Program-made: the position numbers and the translations under genes | Assembly: GCA_964016885.1 (NCBI GenBank) | Contig: OZ024744.1 | Coordinates: 18,166,001 to 18,230,000, forward strand | Origin: Eledone cirrhosa | Taxonomy: Eukaryota | DNA: 64,000 bases | Reading direction: 5' to 3' | Shown here: in pieces, positions 10,160 through 25,100 of the stretch | Numbering within the stretch: position 1 is the stretch's first letter | Layout: each line of letters begins with the position of its first letter | The notes under the pieces: model-generated | Seen by the model: only the letters and a program-made list of their open reading frames with translations | Told to the model about the DNA's origin: nothing | Database searches by the model: none

Positions 10160-13135
10160 TCACTGTGTGTTTCTGTATGTCTGTGTCACTATGTATGTCA
10201 CTGTGTGTTTCTGTATGTTTGTGTCACTGTGTATGTCACTAAATGTTTGTGTGTGTCTGTGTCTCTGACTATGTCACTGTGTGTTAGCGTGTGTCTTTGT
10301 CACTGTGTATGTCACTGTGTGTTTCTGTATGTATGTGTCACCGTGTATGTCACTGTATCTTTGTGTATGCATTTGTCACTGTGTATGTTACTGTGAGTTT
10401 CTGTATGTCTGTGTCAATGTGTACGTCACTGTATATTTCTGTATGTCTGTGTCAGTGTGTATGTCACTGTATCTTTATGTATGTCTGTGTCACTGTATAT
10501 GTCACTGTATCTTTGTGTATGTCTACGTCACTGTGTATGTCACTGTGTGTTTCTGTATGTCTGTGACTTTGTGTATGTTACTGTACCTTTGTGTATGTCT
10601 GTGTCACTGTGTATGTCACTGTGTGTTTCTGTATGTCTGTGTCACTGTGTATGTCACTGTGTGTTTCTGTATATCTGTGTCTCTGTGTATGTCACTGTAT
10701 CTTTGTGTATGTCTGTGTCACTGTGTATGTCACTGTATCTTTGTGTATGTCGGTGTCACCGTGTATGTCACTGTAACGTTGTGTATCTCTGTGTCACTGT
10801 GTATGTCACTGTATCTTTGTGTATGTCTGTGTCACTGTGTATGTCACTGTGTGTTTCTGAATGTATGTGTCACGGTGTATGTCACTGTATGTTTGTGTAT
10901 GTCTGTGTCACTGTGTATGTCACTGTATCTTTGTGTATGTCTGTGTCACTGTGTATGTTACTGTGTGTTTCTGTATGTCTGAGTCACTGTGTATATCACT
11001 GTATGTTTGTGTGTGTCTGTGTCACTGTGTATGTCACTGTATGTCTCTGTATGTCTGTGTCACTGTCTATGTCACTGTATATTTGTGTATGTCTGTGTCA
11101 CTGTGTATGTCACTGTGTGTTTATGTATTTCTGTGTCTCTGTATATGTCACTGTATCTTTGTGTATGTCTGCGTCACTGTGTATGTCACTATGTTTGTGT
11201 ATGTCTGTGTCACTGTGTAAGTCATTGTATCTTTGTGTATGTATGTGACACTCTGTATGTCAATGTGTGTTTCTGTATTATGTGTCTCTGTGTATGTCAC
11301 TGTATCTTTGTGTATGTATGTGTCACTGTGTATGTCATTGTGTGTTTGTGTATGACTGTGTCACTGTGTATGTTACTGTGAGTTTCTGTATGTGTGTGTC
11401 ACGGTGTATGTCACTGTATGTTTGTGTGTGTCTATGTCACTGTGTATGTCACTGTGTGTTTCTGTATGTCTGTGTCACCGTGTATGTCACTGTATCTTTG
11501 TGTATGCCTGGGTCACTGTGTATGTCACTGTGTGTTTCTGTATGTCTGTGTCACTGTGTATGTCACTGTGTGTTTCTGTATATCTGTGTCACGGTGTATG
11601 TCACTGAATGTTTGTGTGTGTCTGTGTCACTGTGTATGTCACTGTGTGTTTCTGTATGTCTGTGTCACTGTGTATGTCACTGTATATTTGTGTATGTCTG
11701 TGTCACTGTGTATGTCACTGTGTGTTTCTGTATGTCTGTGTCACTGTCTATGTCACTGTATGTTTCTTAATGTCTGTGTAACTGTGTATGACACTGTGTG
11801 TTTCTGTGTGTTTGTGTCACGGTGTATGTCACTGTATGTTTGTGTGTGTCTGTGTCATTGTGTATGTCACTGTGTGTTTCTGTATGTCGCTGTCACCGTG
11901 TATGTCACTGTATCTTTGTGTATGCCTGTGTCACTGTGTATGTCACTGTGTGTTTCTGTATGTTTGTGTCACTGTGTATGTCACTAAATGTTTGTGTGTG
12001 TCTGTGTCTCTGTCTATGTCACTGTGTGTTAGCGTGTGTCTTTGTCACTGTGTATGTCACTGTGTGTTTCTGTATGTATGTGTCACCGTGTATGTCACTG
12101 TATCTTTGTGTATGCATTTGTCACTGTGTATGTTACTGTGAGTTTCTGTATGTCTGTGTCAATGTGTACGTCACTGTATATTTCTGTATGTCTGTGTCAG
12201 TGTGTATGTCACTGTATCTTTATGTATGTCTGTGTCACTGTATATGTCACTGTATCTTTGTGTATGTCTACGTCACTGTGTATGTCACTGTGTGTTTCTG
12301 TATGTCTGTGTCTTTGTGTATGTTACTGTACCTTTGTGTATGTCTGTGTCACTGTGTATGTCACTGTGTGTTTCTGTATGTCTGTGTCACTGTGTATGTC
12401 ACTGTGTGTTTCTGTATATCTGTGTCTCTGTGTATGTCACTGTATCTTTGTGTATGTCTGTGTCACTGTGTATGTCACTGTATCTTTGTGTATGTCGGTG
12501 TCACCGTGTATGTCACTGTAACGTTGTGTATCTCTGTGTCACTGTGTATGTCACTGTATCTTTGTGTATGTATGTGTCACTGTGTATGTCACTGTGTGTT
12601 TCTGAATGTATGTGTCACGGTGTATGTCACTGTATGTTTGTGTATGTCTGTGTCACTGTGTATGTCACTGTATCTTTGTGTATGTCTGTGTCACTGAGTA
12701 TGTTACTGTGTGTTTCTGTATGTCTGAGTGACTGTGTATATCACTGTATGTTTGTGTGTGTCTGTGTCACTGTGTATGTCACTGTATGTCTCTGTATGTC
12801 TGTGTCACTGTCTATGTCACTGTATCTTTGTGTATGTCTGTGTCACTGTGTATGTCACTGTGTGTTTATGTATTTCTGTGTCACTGTATATGTCACTGTA
12901 TCTTTGTGTATGTCTGCGTCACTGTGTATGTCACTATGTTTGTGTATGTCTGTGTCACTGTGTAAGTCATTGTATCTTTGTGTATGTATGTGACACTCTG
13001 TATGTCAATGTGTGTTTCTGTATTATGTGTCTCTGTGTATGTCACTGTATCTTTGTGTATGTATGTGTCACTGTGTATGTCATTGTGTGTTTGTGTATGA
13101 CTGTGTCACTGTGTATGTTACTGTGAGTTTCTGTA
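9610..13135. repeat. Less perfect ~1.75-kb tandem duplication
   Basis: Offset 1,745 for markers 10284/12029, 10457/12202 and 11267/13012. There are several substitutions and small indels between the copies. Boundaries are approximate. Confidence 0.8.
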
Positions 13136-16100
13136 TGTCTGTGTCACGGTGTATGTCAGTGTATATTTTTGTATGTCTGTGTCAGTGTGTATGTCACTAG
13201 GTGTTTCTGTATGTCTGTGTCACACCGTATATCACTGTATCTTTATGTATGTCTGTGTCACTGTGTATGTCACTGTGAGTTTATGTATGTATGTGTCACT
13301 GTGTATGTCACAGTGTGTTTCTGTATGTCTGTGTCACTGTGTATGTCACTGTATCTCTCTGTATGTCTGTGTCACTGTCTATGTCACTGTATCTTTGTGT
13401 ATGTCTGCGTCACTGTGTATGTCACTGTGTGTTTCTGTATGGCTGTGTCTCTGTGTATGTCACTGTATCTTTGTGTATGTCTGTGTCACTGTGTATGTCA
13501 CTGTGTGTTTCTGTATGTCTGTGTGACTGTGTATGTCACTGTGTGTTTCTGTATGTCTGTGTCACTGTGTATGTCACTGTGTGTTTCTGTATGTCTGTGT
13601 CACTGTCTATGTCGCTGTATCTTTGTGTATGTCTGCGTCAATGTGTATGTCACTGTGTGTTTCTGTATGTCTGTGTCTCTGTGTATGTCACTGTATCTTT
13701 GTGTATGTCGGTGTCACGGTGTATGTCACTGTATGTTTGTGTGTGTCTATGTCACTGTGTATGTCACTGTGTGTTTCTGTATGTCTGTGTCACCGTGTAT
13801 GTCACTGTATCTTTGTGTATGCATGTGTCACTGTGTATGTCACTGTGTGTTTCTGTATGTCTGTGTCACTGTGTATGTCACTGTGTGTTTCTGTATGATT
13901 GTGACACTGTGTATGTCACTTTATCTTTGTGTATGTCTGTGTCACTGTGTATGTCACTGTGTGTTTCTGTATGTCTGTGTCACTGTCTATGTCACTGTAT
14001 GTTTCTGAATGTCTGTGTCACTGTGTATGTCACTGTGTGTTTCTGTATATCTGTGTCACGGTGTATGTCACTGAATGTTTGTGTGTGTCTGCGTCACTGT
14101 GTATGTCACTGTGTGTTTCTGTATGTCTGTGTCTCTGTGTATGTAACTGTATCTTTGTGTATGTCGTTGTCACGGTGTATGTCACTAAATGTTTGTGTGT
14201 GTCTGTGTCTCTGTGTATGTCACTGTGTGTTTGCGTGTGTCTGTGTCACTGTGTATGTCACTGTGTGTTTCTGTATGTCTGTGTGACTGTGTATGTCACT
14301 AGGTGTTTGTGTATGTCTGTGTCACTGCATGTTTCTGAATGTCTGTGTCACTGTGTATGTCACTGTGTGTTTCTGTATGTATGTGTCACCGTGTATGTCA
14401 CTGTATCTTTGTGTATGCCTGTGTCACTGTGTATGTCACTGTGTGTTTCTGTATGTCGGTGTCACTGTGTATGTCACTGTGTGTTTCTGTATGTTTGTGT
14501 CACTGTGTATGTCATTAAATGTTTGTGTGTGTCTGTGTCTCTGTGTATGTCACTGTGTGTTTGCGTGTGTCTGTGTCACTGTGTATGTCACTGTGTGTTT
14601 CTGTATGTCTGTGTGACTGTGTATGTCACTGTGTGTTTGTGTATGTCTGTGTCACTGTGTGTGTTTCTGTATGTCTGTGTCAATGTGTATGTCACTGTGT
14701 GTTTCTGTATGTCTGTGTCACTGTGTATGTCACTGTATGTTTCTGTATGTCTGTTTCACTGTGTATGTCACTGTGTGTTTCTGTATGTCTGTGTCACTCT
14801 GTATGTCACTGTATGTTTCTGAATGTTTGTGTCACTGTGTATGTCACTGTGTGTTTGCGTGTGTCTGTGTCACTGTGTATGTCACTGTGTGTTTCTGTAT
14901 GTCTGTGTGACTGTGTATGTCACTCTGTCTTTGTGTATGTCTGTGTCACTGTGTGTGTTTCTGTATGTCTGTGTCACTGTGTATGTCATTGTATCTTTGT
15001 GTATGTATGTGTCACTGTGTGTGTCACTGTATCATTGTGTATGTCTGTGTCATTGTGTATGTCACTGTGTGTTTCTGTATATCTGTGTCTCTGTGTATGT
15101 TACTTTATCTTTGTGTATGTCTGTGTCACTGTGTATGTCACTGTATCTTTGTGTATGTCTGTGTCACGGTGTATATCACTGTATGTTTGTGTATGTCTGT
15201 GTCACTCTATATGGCACTGTATGTTTCTGTATGTATGTGTCACTGTGTATGTCAATGTGTGTTTCTGTATCTCTGTGTCACGGTGTATGTCACTGTATGT
15301 TTGTGAATGTCTGTGTGACTGTGTATGTCACTGTATGTTACATTATGTCTGTGTCACTGTGTATGTCACTGTGTGTTTCTGTATGTCTGTGTCACTGTGT
15401 ATGTCACTGTATATTTGTGTATGTCTGTGTCACTGTGTATGTCACTGTGTGTTTCTGTATGTCTGTGTCACTGTCTATGTCACTGTATGTTTCTGAATGT
15501 CTGTGTCACCGTGTATGTCACTGTATCTTTATGTATGTCTGTGTCACTGTATATGTCACTGTATCTTTGTGTATGTCTACGTCACTGTGTATGTCACTGT
15601 GTGTTTCTGTATGCCTGTGTCTTTGTGTATGCCACTGTACCTTTGTGTATGTCTGTGTCACTGTGTATGTCACTGTGTGTTTCTGTATGTCTGTGTCATT
15701 GTGTATGTCACTGTGTGTTTCTGTATATCTGTGTCTCTGTGTATGTCACTGTAACGTTGTGTATCTATGTGTCACTGTGTATGTCACTGTATCTTTGTGT
15801 ATGTCTGTGTCACTGTGTATGTCATTGTGAGTTTCTGTATGTCTGTGTCACTGTGTATGTCACTGTATCTTTGTGTATGTCTGTGTCACTGTGTATGTCA
15901 CTGTTGGTTTCTGTATGTCTGTGTCACTGTGTATGTCACTGTATCTCTCTGTATGTCTGTGTCACTGTCTATGTCACTGTATCTTTGTGTATGTCTGTGT
16001 CACTGTGTATGTCATTGTGTGTTTTTGTATGTCTGTGTCTCTGTGTATGTCACTGTATCTTTGTGTATGTCTGTATCACTGTGTATGTCACTGTGTGTTT

Positions 16101-19100
16101 CTGTATGTCTGTGTCACTGTGTATGTCACTGTGTGTTTCTGTATGTCTGTGTCACTGTCTATGTCGCTGTATGTTTCTGAATGTCTGTGTCACTGTGTAT
16201 GTCACTGTGTGTTTCTGTATGTCTGTGTCACTGTCTATGTCACTGTATGTTTCTGAATGTCTGTGTCACCGTGTATGTCACTGTATCTTTATGTATGTCT
16301 GTGTCACTGTATATGTCACTGTATCTTTGTGTATGTCTACGTCACTGTGTATGTCACTGTGTGTTTCTCTATGTCTGTGTCTTTGTGTATGTCACTGTAC
16401 CTTTGTGTATGTCTGTGTCACTGTGTATGTCACTGTGTTTCTGTATGTCTGTGTCACTGTGTATGTCACTGTGTGTTTCTGTATATCTGTGTCTCTGTGT
16501 ATGTCACTGTATCTTTCTGTATGTCTGTGTCACCGTGTATGTCACTGTATCTTTGTGTATGTCGGTGTCACCGTGTATGTCACTGTAACGTTGTGTATCT
16601 CTGTGTCACTGTGTATGTCATTGTATCTTTGTGTATGTCTGTGTAACTGTGTATGTCACTGTGTGTTTCTGTATGTATGTGTCACGGTGTATGTCACTGT
16701 ATGTTTGTGCATGTCTGTGTCACTGTGTATGTCATTGTCAGTTTCTGTATGTCTGTGTCACTGTGTATGTCACTGTATCTTTGTGTATGTCTGTGTCACT
16801 GTGTATGTCACTGTGTGTTTCTGTATGTCTGTGTCACTGTGTATGTCATTGTGTGTTTCTGTATGCCTGTGTCTCTGTGTATGTCACTGTATCTTTGTGT
16901 ATCTCTGTGTCACGGTGTATGTCACTGTATATTTGTGTATGTCTGTGTCACTGTGTGTTTCTGTATGTCTGTGTCACTGTGTATATCACTGTATGTTTGT
17001 GTATGCCTGTGTCACGGTGTATGTCACTGTATGGTTGTGTGTGTCTGTGTCACTGTGTATGTCACTGTGTGTTTGTGTATGTCTGTGTCACTGTATGTTT
17101 CTGTATGTCTGTGTCACTGTGTATGTCACTGTGTGTTTCTGTATGTCTGTGTCACCGTGTATGTCACTGTATCTTTGTGTATGCCTGTGTCACTGTGTAT
17201 GTCACTGTGTGATTCTGTATGTCTGTGTCACTGTGTATGTCACTGTGTATTTGCGTGTGTCTGTGTCACTGTGTATGTCACTGTGTGTTTCTGTATGTCT
17301 GTGTGACTGTGTATGTCACTGTTTGTTTGTGTATGTCTGTGTCACTGTGTGTGTTTCTGTATGTCTGTGTCACTGTGTATGTCATTGCATCTTTGTGTAT
17401 GTCTGTGTCACTCTGTATGTCACTGTGTGTTTCTGCATGTCTGTGTCACTGTGTATGTCACTGTATATTTGTGTACGTCTGTGTCACTGTGTAAGTCATT
17501 ATATCTTTGTGTATGTCTGTGACACTCTGTATGTCACTGTGTGTTTCTGTATGTATGTATCACTGTGTATGTCATTGTATCTTTGTGTATGTATGTGACA
17601 CTCTGTATGTCAATGTGTGTTTATGTATTATGTGTCTCTGTGCATGTCACTGTATCTTTGTGTATGTATGTGTCACTGTGTATGTCACTGTGTGTTTCTG
17701 TATGACTGTGTCACTGTGTATGTTACTGTGAGTTTCTGTATGTCTGTGTCACGGTGTATGTCACTGTATATTTTTGTATGTCTGTGTCAGTGTGTATGTC
17801 ACTAGGTGTTTCTGTATGTCTGTGTCACACCGTATATCACTGTATCTTTATGTATGTCTGTGTCACTGTGTATGTCACTGTGTGTTTCTGTATGTCTGTG
17901 TGACTGTGTATGTCACTGTGTGTTTCTGTATGTCTGTGTCACTGTGTATGTCACTGTGTGTTTCTGTATGTCTGTGTCACTGTCTATGTCGCTGTATGTT
18001 TCTGAATGTCTGTGTCACTGTGTATGTCACTGTGTGTGTCACGGTGTATGTCACTGTTTGTTTGTGTGTGTCTATGTCACTGTGTATGTCACTGTGTGTT
18101 TCTGTATGTCTGTGTCACCGTGTATGTCACTGTATCTTTGTGTATGCCTGGGTCACTGTGTATGTCACTGTGTGTTTATGTATGTCTGTGTCACTGTGTA
18201 TGTCACTGTGTGTTTCTGTATATCTGTGTCACGGTGTATGTCACTGAATGATTGTGTGTGTCTGTGTCACTGTGTATGTCACTGTGTGTTTCTGTATGTC
18301 TGTGTCACTGTGTATGTCACTGTATATTTGTGTATGTCTGTGTCACTGTGTATGTCACTGTGTGTTTCTGTATGTCTGTGTCACTGTCTATGTCACTGTA
18401 TGTTTCTGAATGTCTGTGTAACTGTGTATGTCACTGTGTGTTTCTGTGTGTCTGTGTCACGGTGTATGTCACTGTATGTTTGTGTGTGTCTGTGTCATTG
18501 TGTATGTCACTGTGTGTTTCTGTATGTCGCTGTCACCGTGTATGTCACTGTATCTTTGTGTATGCCTGTGTCACTGTGTATGTCACTGTGTGTTTCTGTA
18601 TGTCTGTGTCACTATGTATGTCACTGTGTGTTTCTGTATGTTTGTGTCACTGTGTATGTCACTAAATGTTTGTGTGTGTCTGTGTCTCTGTCTATGTCAC
18701 TGTGTGTTAGCGTGTGTCTTTGTCACTGTGTATATCACTGTGTGTTTCTGTATGTATGTGTCACCGTGTATGTCACTGTATCTTTGTGTATGCATTTGTC
18801 ACTGTGTATGTTACTGTGAGTTTCTGTATGTCTGTGTCAATGTGTACGTCACTGTATATTTCTGTATGTCTGTGTCAGTGTGTATGTCACTGTATCTTTA
18901 TGTATGTCTGTGTCACTGTATATGTCACTGTATCTTTGTGATGTCTACGTCACTGTGTATGTCACTGTGTGTTTCTGTATGTCTGTGTCTTTGTGTATGT
19001 TACTGTACCTTTGTGTATGTCTGTGTCACTGTGTATGTCACTGTGTGTTTCTGAATGTATGTGTCACGGTGTATGTCACTGTATGTTTGTGTATGTCTGT

Positions 19101-22100
19101 GTCACTGTGTATGTCACTGTATATTTGTGTATGTCTGTGTCACTGTGTATGTTACTGTGTGTTTCTCTATGTCTGAGTCACTGTGTATATCACTGTATGT
19201 TTGTGTGTGTCTGTGTCACTGTTTATGTCACTGTATGTCTCTGTATGTCTGTGTCACTGTCTATGTCACTGTATCTTTGTGTATGTCTGTGTCACTGTGT
19301 ATGTCACTGTGTGTTTATGTATTTCTGTGTCTCTGTATATGTCACTGTATCTTTGTGTATGTCTGCGTCACTGTGTATGTCACTATGTTTGTGTATGTCT
19401 GTGTCACTGTGTAAGTCATTGTATCTTTGTGTATGTATGTGACACTCTGTATGTCAATGTGTGTTTCTGTATTATGTGTCTCTGTGTATGTCACTGTATC
19501 TTTGTGTATGTATGTGTCACTGTGTATGTCATTGTCTGTTTGTGTATGACTGTGTCACTGTGTATGTTACTGTGAGTTTCTGTATGTCTGTGTCACGGTG
19601 TATGTCAGTGTATATTTTTGTATGTCTGCGTCAGTGTGTATGTCACTAGGTGTTTCTGTATGTCTGTGTCACACCGTATATCACTGTATCTTTATGTATG
19701 TCTGTGTCACTGTGTATGTCACTGTGAGTTTATGTATGTATGTGTCACTGTGTATGTCACAGTGTGTTTCTGTATGTCTGTGTCACTGTGTATGTCACTG
19801 TATCTCTCTGTATGTCAGTGTCACTGTCTATGTCACTGTATCTTTGTGTATGTCTGGGTCACTGTGTATGTCACTGTGTGTTTCTGTATGTCTGTGTCTC
19901 TGTGTATGTCACTGTATCTTTGTGTATGTCTGTGTCACTGTGTATGTCACTGTGTGTTTCTGTATGTCTGTGTGACTGTGTATGTCACTGTGTGTTTCTG
20001 TATGTCTGTGTCACTGTGTATGTCACTGTGTGTTTCTGTATGTCTGTGTCACTGTCTATGTCGCTGTATCTTTGTGTATGTCTGCGTCACTGTGTATGTC
20101 ACTGTGTGTTTCTGTATGTCTGTGTCTCTGTGTATGTCACTGTATCTTTGTGTATGTCGGTGTCACGGTGTATGTCACTGTATGTTTGTGTGTGTCTATG
20201 TCACTGTGTATGTCACTGTGTGTTTCTGTATGTCTGTGTCACCGTGTATGTCACTGTATCTTTGTGTATGCCTGTGTCACTGTGTATGTCACTGTGTGTT
20301 TATGTATGTCTGTGTCACTGTGTATGTCACTGTGTGTTTCTGTATGACTGTGACACTGTGTATGTCACTTTATCTTTGTGTATGTCTGTGTCACTGTGTA
20401 TGTCACTGTGTGTTTCTGTATGTCTGTGTCACTGTCTATGTCACTGTATGTTTCTGAATGTCTGTGTCACTGTGTATGTCACTGTGTGTTTCTGTATATC
20501 TGTGTCACGGTGTATGTCACTGAATGTTTGTGTGTGTCAGCGTCACTGTGTATGTCACTGTGTGTTTCTGTATGTCTGTGTCTCTGTGTATGTAACTGTA
20601 TCTTTGTGTATGTCGTTGTCACGGTGTATGTCACTAAATGTTTGTGTGTGTCTGTGTCTCTGTGTATGTCACTGTGTGTTTGCGTGTGTCTGTGTCACTG
20701 TGTATGTCACTGTGTGTTTCTGTATGTCTGTGTGACTGTGTATGTCACTAGGTGTTTGTGTATGTCTGTGTCACTGCATGTTTCTGAGTGTCTGTGTCAC
20801 TGTGTATGTCACTGTGTGTTTCTGTATGTATGTGTCACCGTGTATGTCACTGTATCTTTGTGTATGCCTGTGTCACTGTGTATGTCACTGTGTGTTTCTG
20901 TATGTCGGTGTCACTGTGTATGTCACTGTGTGTTTCTGTATGTTTGTGTCACTGTGTATGTCATTAAATGTTTGTGTGTGTCTGTGTCTCTGTGTATGTC
21001 ACTGTGTGTTTGCGTGTGTCTGTGTCACTGTGTATGTCACTGTGTGTTTCTGTATGTCTGTGTGACTGTGTATGTCACTCTGTGTTTGTGTATGTCTGTG
21101 TCACTGTGTGTGTTTCTGTATGTCTGTGTCAATGTGTATGTCAATTTGTGTTACTGTATGTCTGTGTCACTGTGTATGTCACTGTATGTTTCTGTATGTC
21201 TGTTTCACTGTGTATGTCACTGTGTGTTTCTGTATGTCTGTGTCACTCTGTATGTCACTGTATGTTTCTGAATGTTTGTGTCACTGTGTATGTCACTGTG
21301 TGTTTGCGTGTGTCTGTGTCACTGTGTATGTCACTGTGTGTTTCTGTATGTCTGTGTCACTGTGTGTGTTTCTGTATGTCTGTGTCACTGTGTATGTCAT
21401 TGTATCTTTGTGTATGTATGTGTCACTGTGTGTGTCACTGTGTGTTTCTGTATATCTGTGTCTCTGTGTATGTTACTTTATCTTTGTGTATGTCTGTGTC
21501 ACTGTGTATGTCACTGTATCTTTGTGTATGTCTGTGTCACGGTGTATATCACTGTATGTTTGTGTATGTCTGTGTCACTCTATATGGCACTGTATGTTTC
21601 TGTATGTATGTGTCACTGTGTATGTCAATGTGTGTTTCTGTATCTCTGTGTCACGGTGTATGTCACTGTATGTTTGTGTATGTCTGTGTGACTCTGTATG
21701 TCACTGTATGTTACATTATGTCTGTGCCACTGTGTATGTCACTGTGTGTTTCTGTATGTCTGTGTCACTGTGTATGTCACTGTATATTTGTGTATGTCTG
21801 TGTCACTGTGTATGTCACTGTGTGTTTCTGTATGTCTGTGTCACTGTCTATGTCACTGTATGTTTCTGAATGTCTGTGTCACCGTGTATGTCACTGTATC
21901 TTTATGTATGTCTGTGTCACTGTATATGTCACTGTATCTTTGTGTATGTCTACGTCACTGTGTATGTCACTGTGTGTTTCTGTATGTCTGTGTCTTTGTG
22001 TATGTCACTGTACCTTTGTGTATGTCTGTGTCACTGTGTTTCTGTATGTCTGTGTCACTGTGTATGTCACTGTGTGTTTCTGTATATCTGTGTCTCTGTG

Positions 22101-25100
22101 TATGTCACTGTATCTTTCTGTATGTATGTGTCACCGTGTATATCACTGTATCTTTGTGTATGTCGGTGTCACCGTGTATGACACTGTAACGTTGTGTATC
22201 TCTGTGTCACTGTGTATGTCATTGTATCTTTGTGTATGTCTGTGTCACTGTGTATGTCACTGTGTGTTTCTGTATGTATGTGTCACGGTGTATGTCACTG
22301 TATGTTTGTGCATGTCTGTGTCACTGTGTATGTCATTGTCAGTTTCTGTATGTCTGTGTCACTGTGTATGTCACTGTATCTTTGTGTATGTCTGTGTCAC
22401 TGTGTATGTCACTGTGTGTTTCTGTATGTCTGTGTCACTGTGTATGTCATTGTGTGTTTCTGTATGCCTGTGTCTCTGTGTATGTCACTGTATCTTTGTG
22501 TATCTCTGTGTCACGGTGTATGTCACTGTATTTTTGTGTATGTCTGTGTCACTGTGTGTTTCTGTATGTATGTGTCACTGTGTATATCACTGTATGTTTG
22601 TGTATGCCTGTGTCACGGTGTATGTCACTGTATGGTTGTGTGTGTCTGTGTCACTGTGTATGTCACTGTGTGTTTGTGTATGTCTGTGTCACTGTATGTT
22701 TCTGTATGTCTGTGTCACTGTGTATGTCACTGTGTGTTTCTGTATGTCTGTGTCACCGTGTATGTCACTGTATCTTTGTGTATGCCTGTGTCACTGTGTA
22801 TGGCACTGTGTGATTCTGTATGTCTGTGTCACTGTGTATGTCACTGTGTATTTGCGTGTGTCTGTGTCACTGTGTATGTCACTGTGTGTTTCTGTATGTC
22901 TGTGTGACGGTGTATGTCACTGTTTGTTTGTGTATGTCTGTGTCACTGTGTGTGTTTCTGTATGTCTGTGTCACTGTGTATGTCTTTGCATCTTTGTGTA
23001 TGTCTGTGTCACTCTGTATGTCACTGTGTGTTTCTGCATGTCTGTGTCACTGTGTATATCACTGTGTGTTTCTGTATGTCTGTGTCACTGTGGATGTCAC
23101 TGTATATTTGTGTACGTCTGTGTCACTGTGTAAGTCATTATATCTTTGTGTATGTCTGTGACACTCTGTATGTCACTGTGTGTTTCTGTATGTATGTATC
23201 ACTGTGTATGTCAATGTGTGTTTCTGTATGTCTGTGTCACTGTGTAAGTCATTGAATCTTTGTGTATGTATGTGACACTCTGTATGTCAATGTGTGTTTC
23301 TGTATTATGTGTCTCTGTGCATGTCACTGTATCTTTGTGTATGTATGTGTCACTGTGTATGTCACTGTGTGTTTCTGTATGACTGTGTCACTGTGTATGT
23401 TACTGTGAGTTTCTGTATGTCTGTGTCACGGTGTATGTCACTGTATATTTTTGTATGTCTGTGTCAGTGTATGTCACTAGGTGTTTCTGTATGTCTGTGT
23501 CACACCGTATATCACTGTATCTTTATGTATGTCTGTGTCACTGTGTATGTCACTGTGTGTTTCTGTATGTCTGTGTGACTGTGTATGTCACTGTGTGTTT
23601 CTGTATGTCTGTGTCACTGTGTATGTCACTGTGTGTTTCTGTATGTCTGTGTCACTATCTATGTCGCTGTATGTTTCTGAATGTCTGTGTCACTGTGTAT
23701 GTCACTGTGTGTTTCTGTATGTGTGTGTCACGGTGTATGTCACTGTATGTTTGTGTGTGTCTATGTCACTGTGTATGTCACTGTGTGTTTCTGTATGTTG
23801 TGTCACCGTGTATGTCACTTTATCTTTGTGTATGCCTGGGTCACTGTGTATGTCACTGTGTGTTTCTGTATGTCTGTGTCACTGTGTATGTCACTGTGTG
23901 TTTCTGTATATCTGTGTCACGGTGTATGTCACTGAATGTTTGTGTGTGTCTGTGTCACTGTGTATGTCACTGTGTGTTTCTGTATGTCTGTGTCACTGTG
24001 TATGTCACTGTATATTTGTGTATGTCTGTGTCACTGTGTATGTCACTGTGTGTTTCTCTATGTCTGTGTCACTGTCTATGTCACTGTATGTTTCTGAATG
24101 TCTGTGTAACTGTGTATGTCAATGTGTGTTTCTGTGTGTCTTGTCACGGTGTATGTCACTGTATTTTTGTGTGTGTCTGTGTCATTGTGTATGTCACTGT
24201 GTGTTTCTGTATGTCGCTGTCACCGTGTATGTCACTGTATCTTTGTGTATGCCTGTGTCACTGTGTATGTCACTGTGTGTTTCTGTATGTCTGTGTCACT
24301 ATGTATGTCACTGTGTGTTTCTGTATGTTTGTGTCACTGTGTATGTCACTAAATGTTTGTGTGTGTCTGTGTCTCTGACTATGTCACTGTGTGTTAGCGT
24401 GTGTCTTTGTCACTGTGTATGTCACTGTGTGTTTCTGTATGTATGTGTCACCGTGTATGTCACTGTATCTTTGTGTATGCATTTGTCACTGTGTATGTTA
24501 CTGTGAGTTTCTGTATGTCTGTGTCAATGTGTACGTCACTGTATATTTCTGTATGTCTGTGTCAGTGTGTATGTCACTGTATCTTTATGTATGTCTGTGT
24601 CACTGTATATGTCACTGTATCTTTGTGTATGTCTACGTCACTGTGTATGTCACTGTGTGTTTCTGTATGTCTGTGTCTTTGTGTATGTTACTGTACCTTT
24701 GTGTATGTCTGTGTCACTGTGTATGTCACTGTGTGTTTCTGTATGTCTGTGTCACTGTGTATGTCACTGTGTGTTTCTGTATATCTGTGTCTCTGTGTAT
24801 GTCACTGTATCTTTGTGTATGTCTGTGTGACTGTGTATGTCACTGTATCTTTGTGTATGTCGGTGTCACCGTGTATGTCACTGTAACGTTGTGTATCTCT
24901 GTGTCACTGTGTATGTCACTGTATCTTTGTGTATGTCTGTGTCACTGTGTATGTTACTGTGTGTTTCTGTATGTCTGAGTCACTGTGTATATCACTGTAT
25001 GTTTGTGTGTGTCTGTGTCACTGTGTATGTCACTGTATGTCTCTGTATGTCTGTGTCACTGTCTATGTCACTGTATATTTGTGTATGTCTGTGTCACTGT

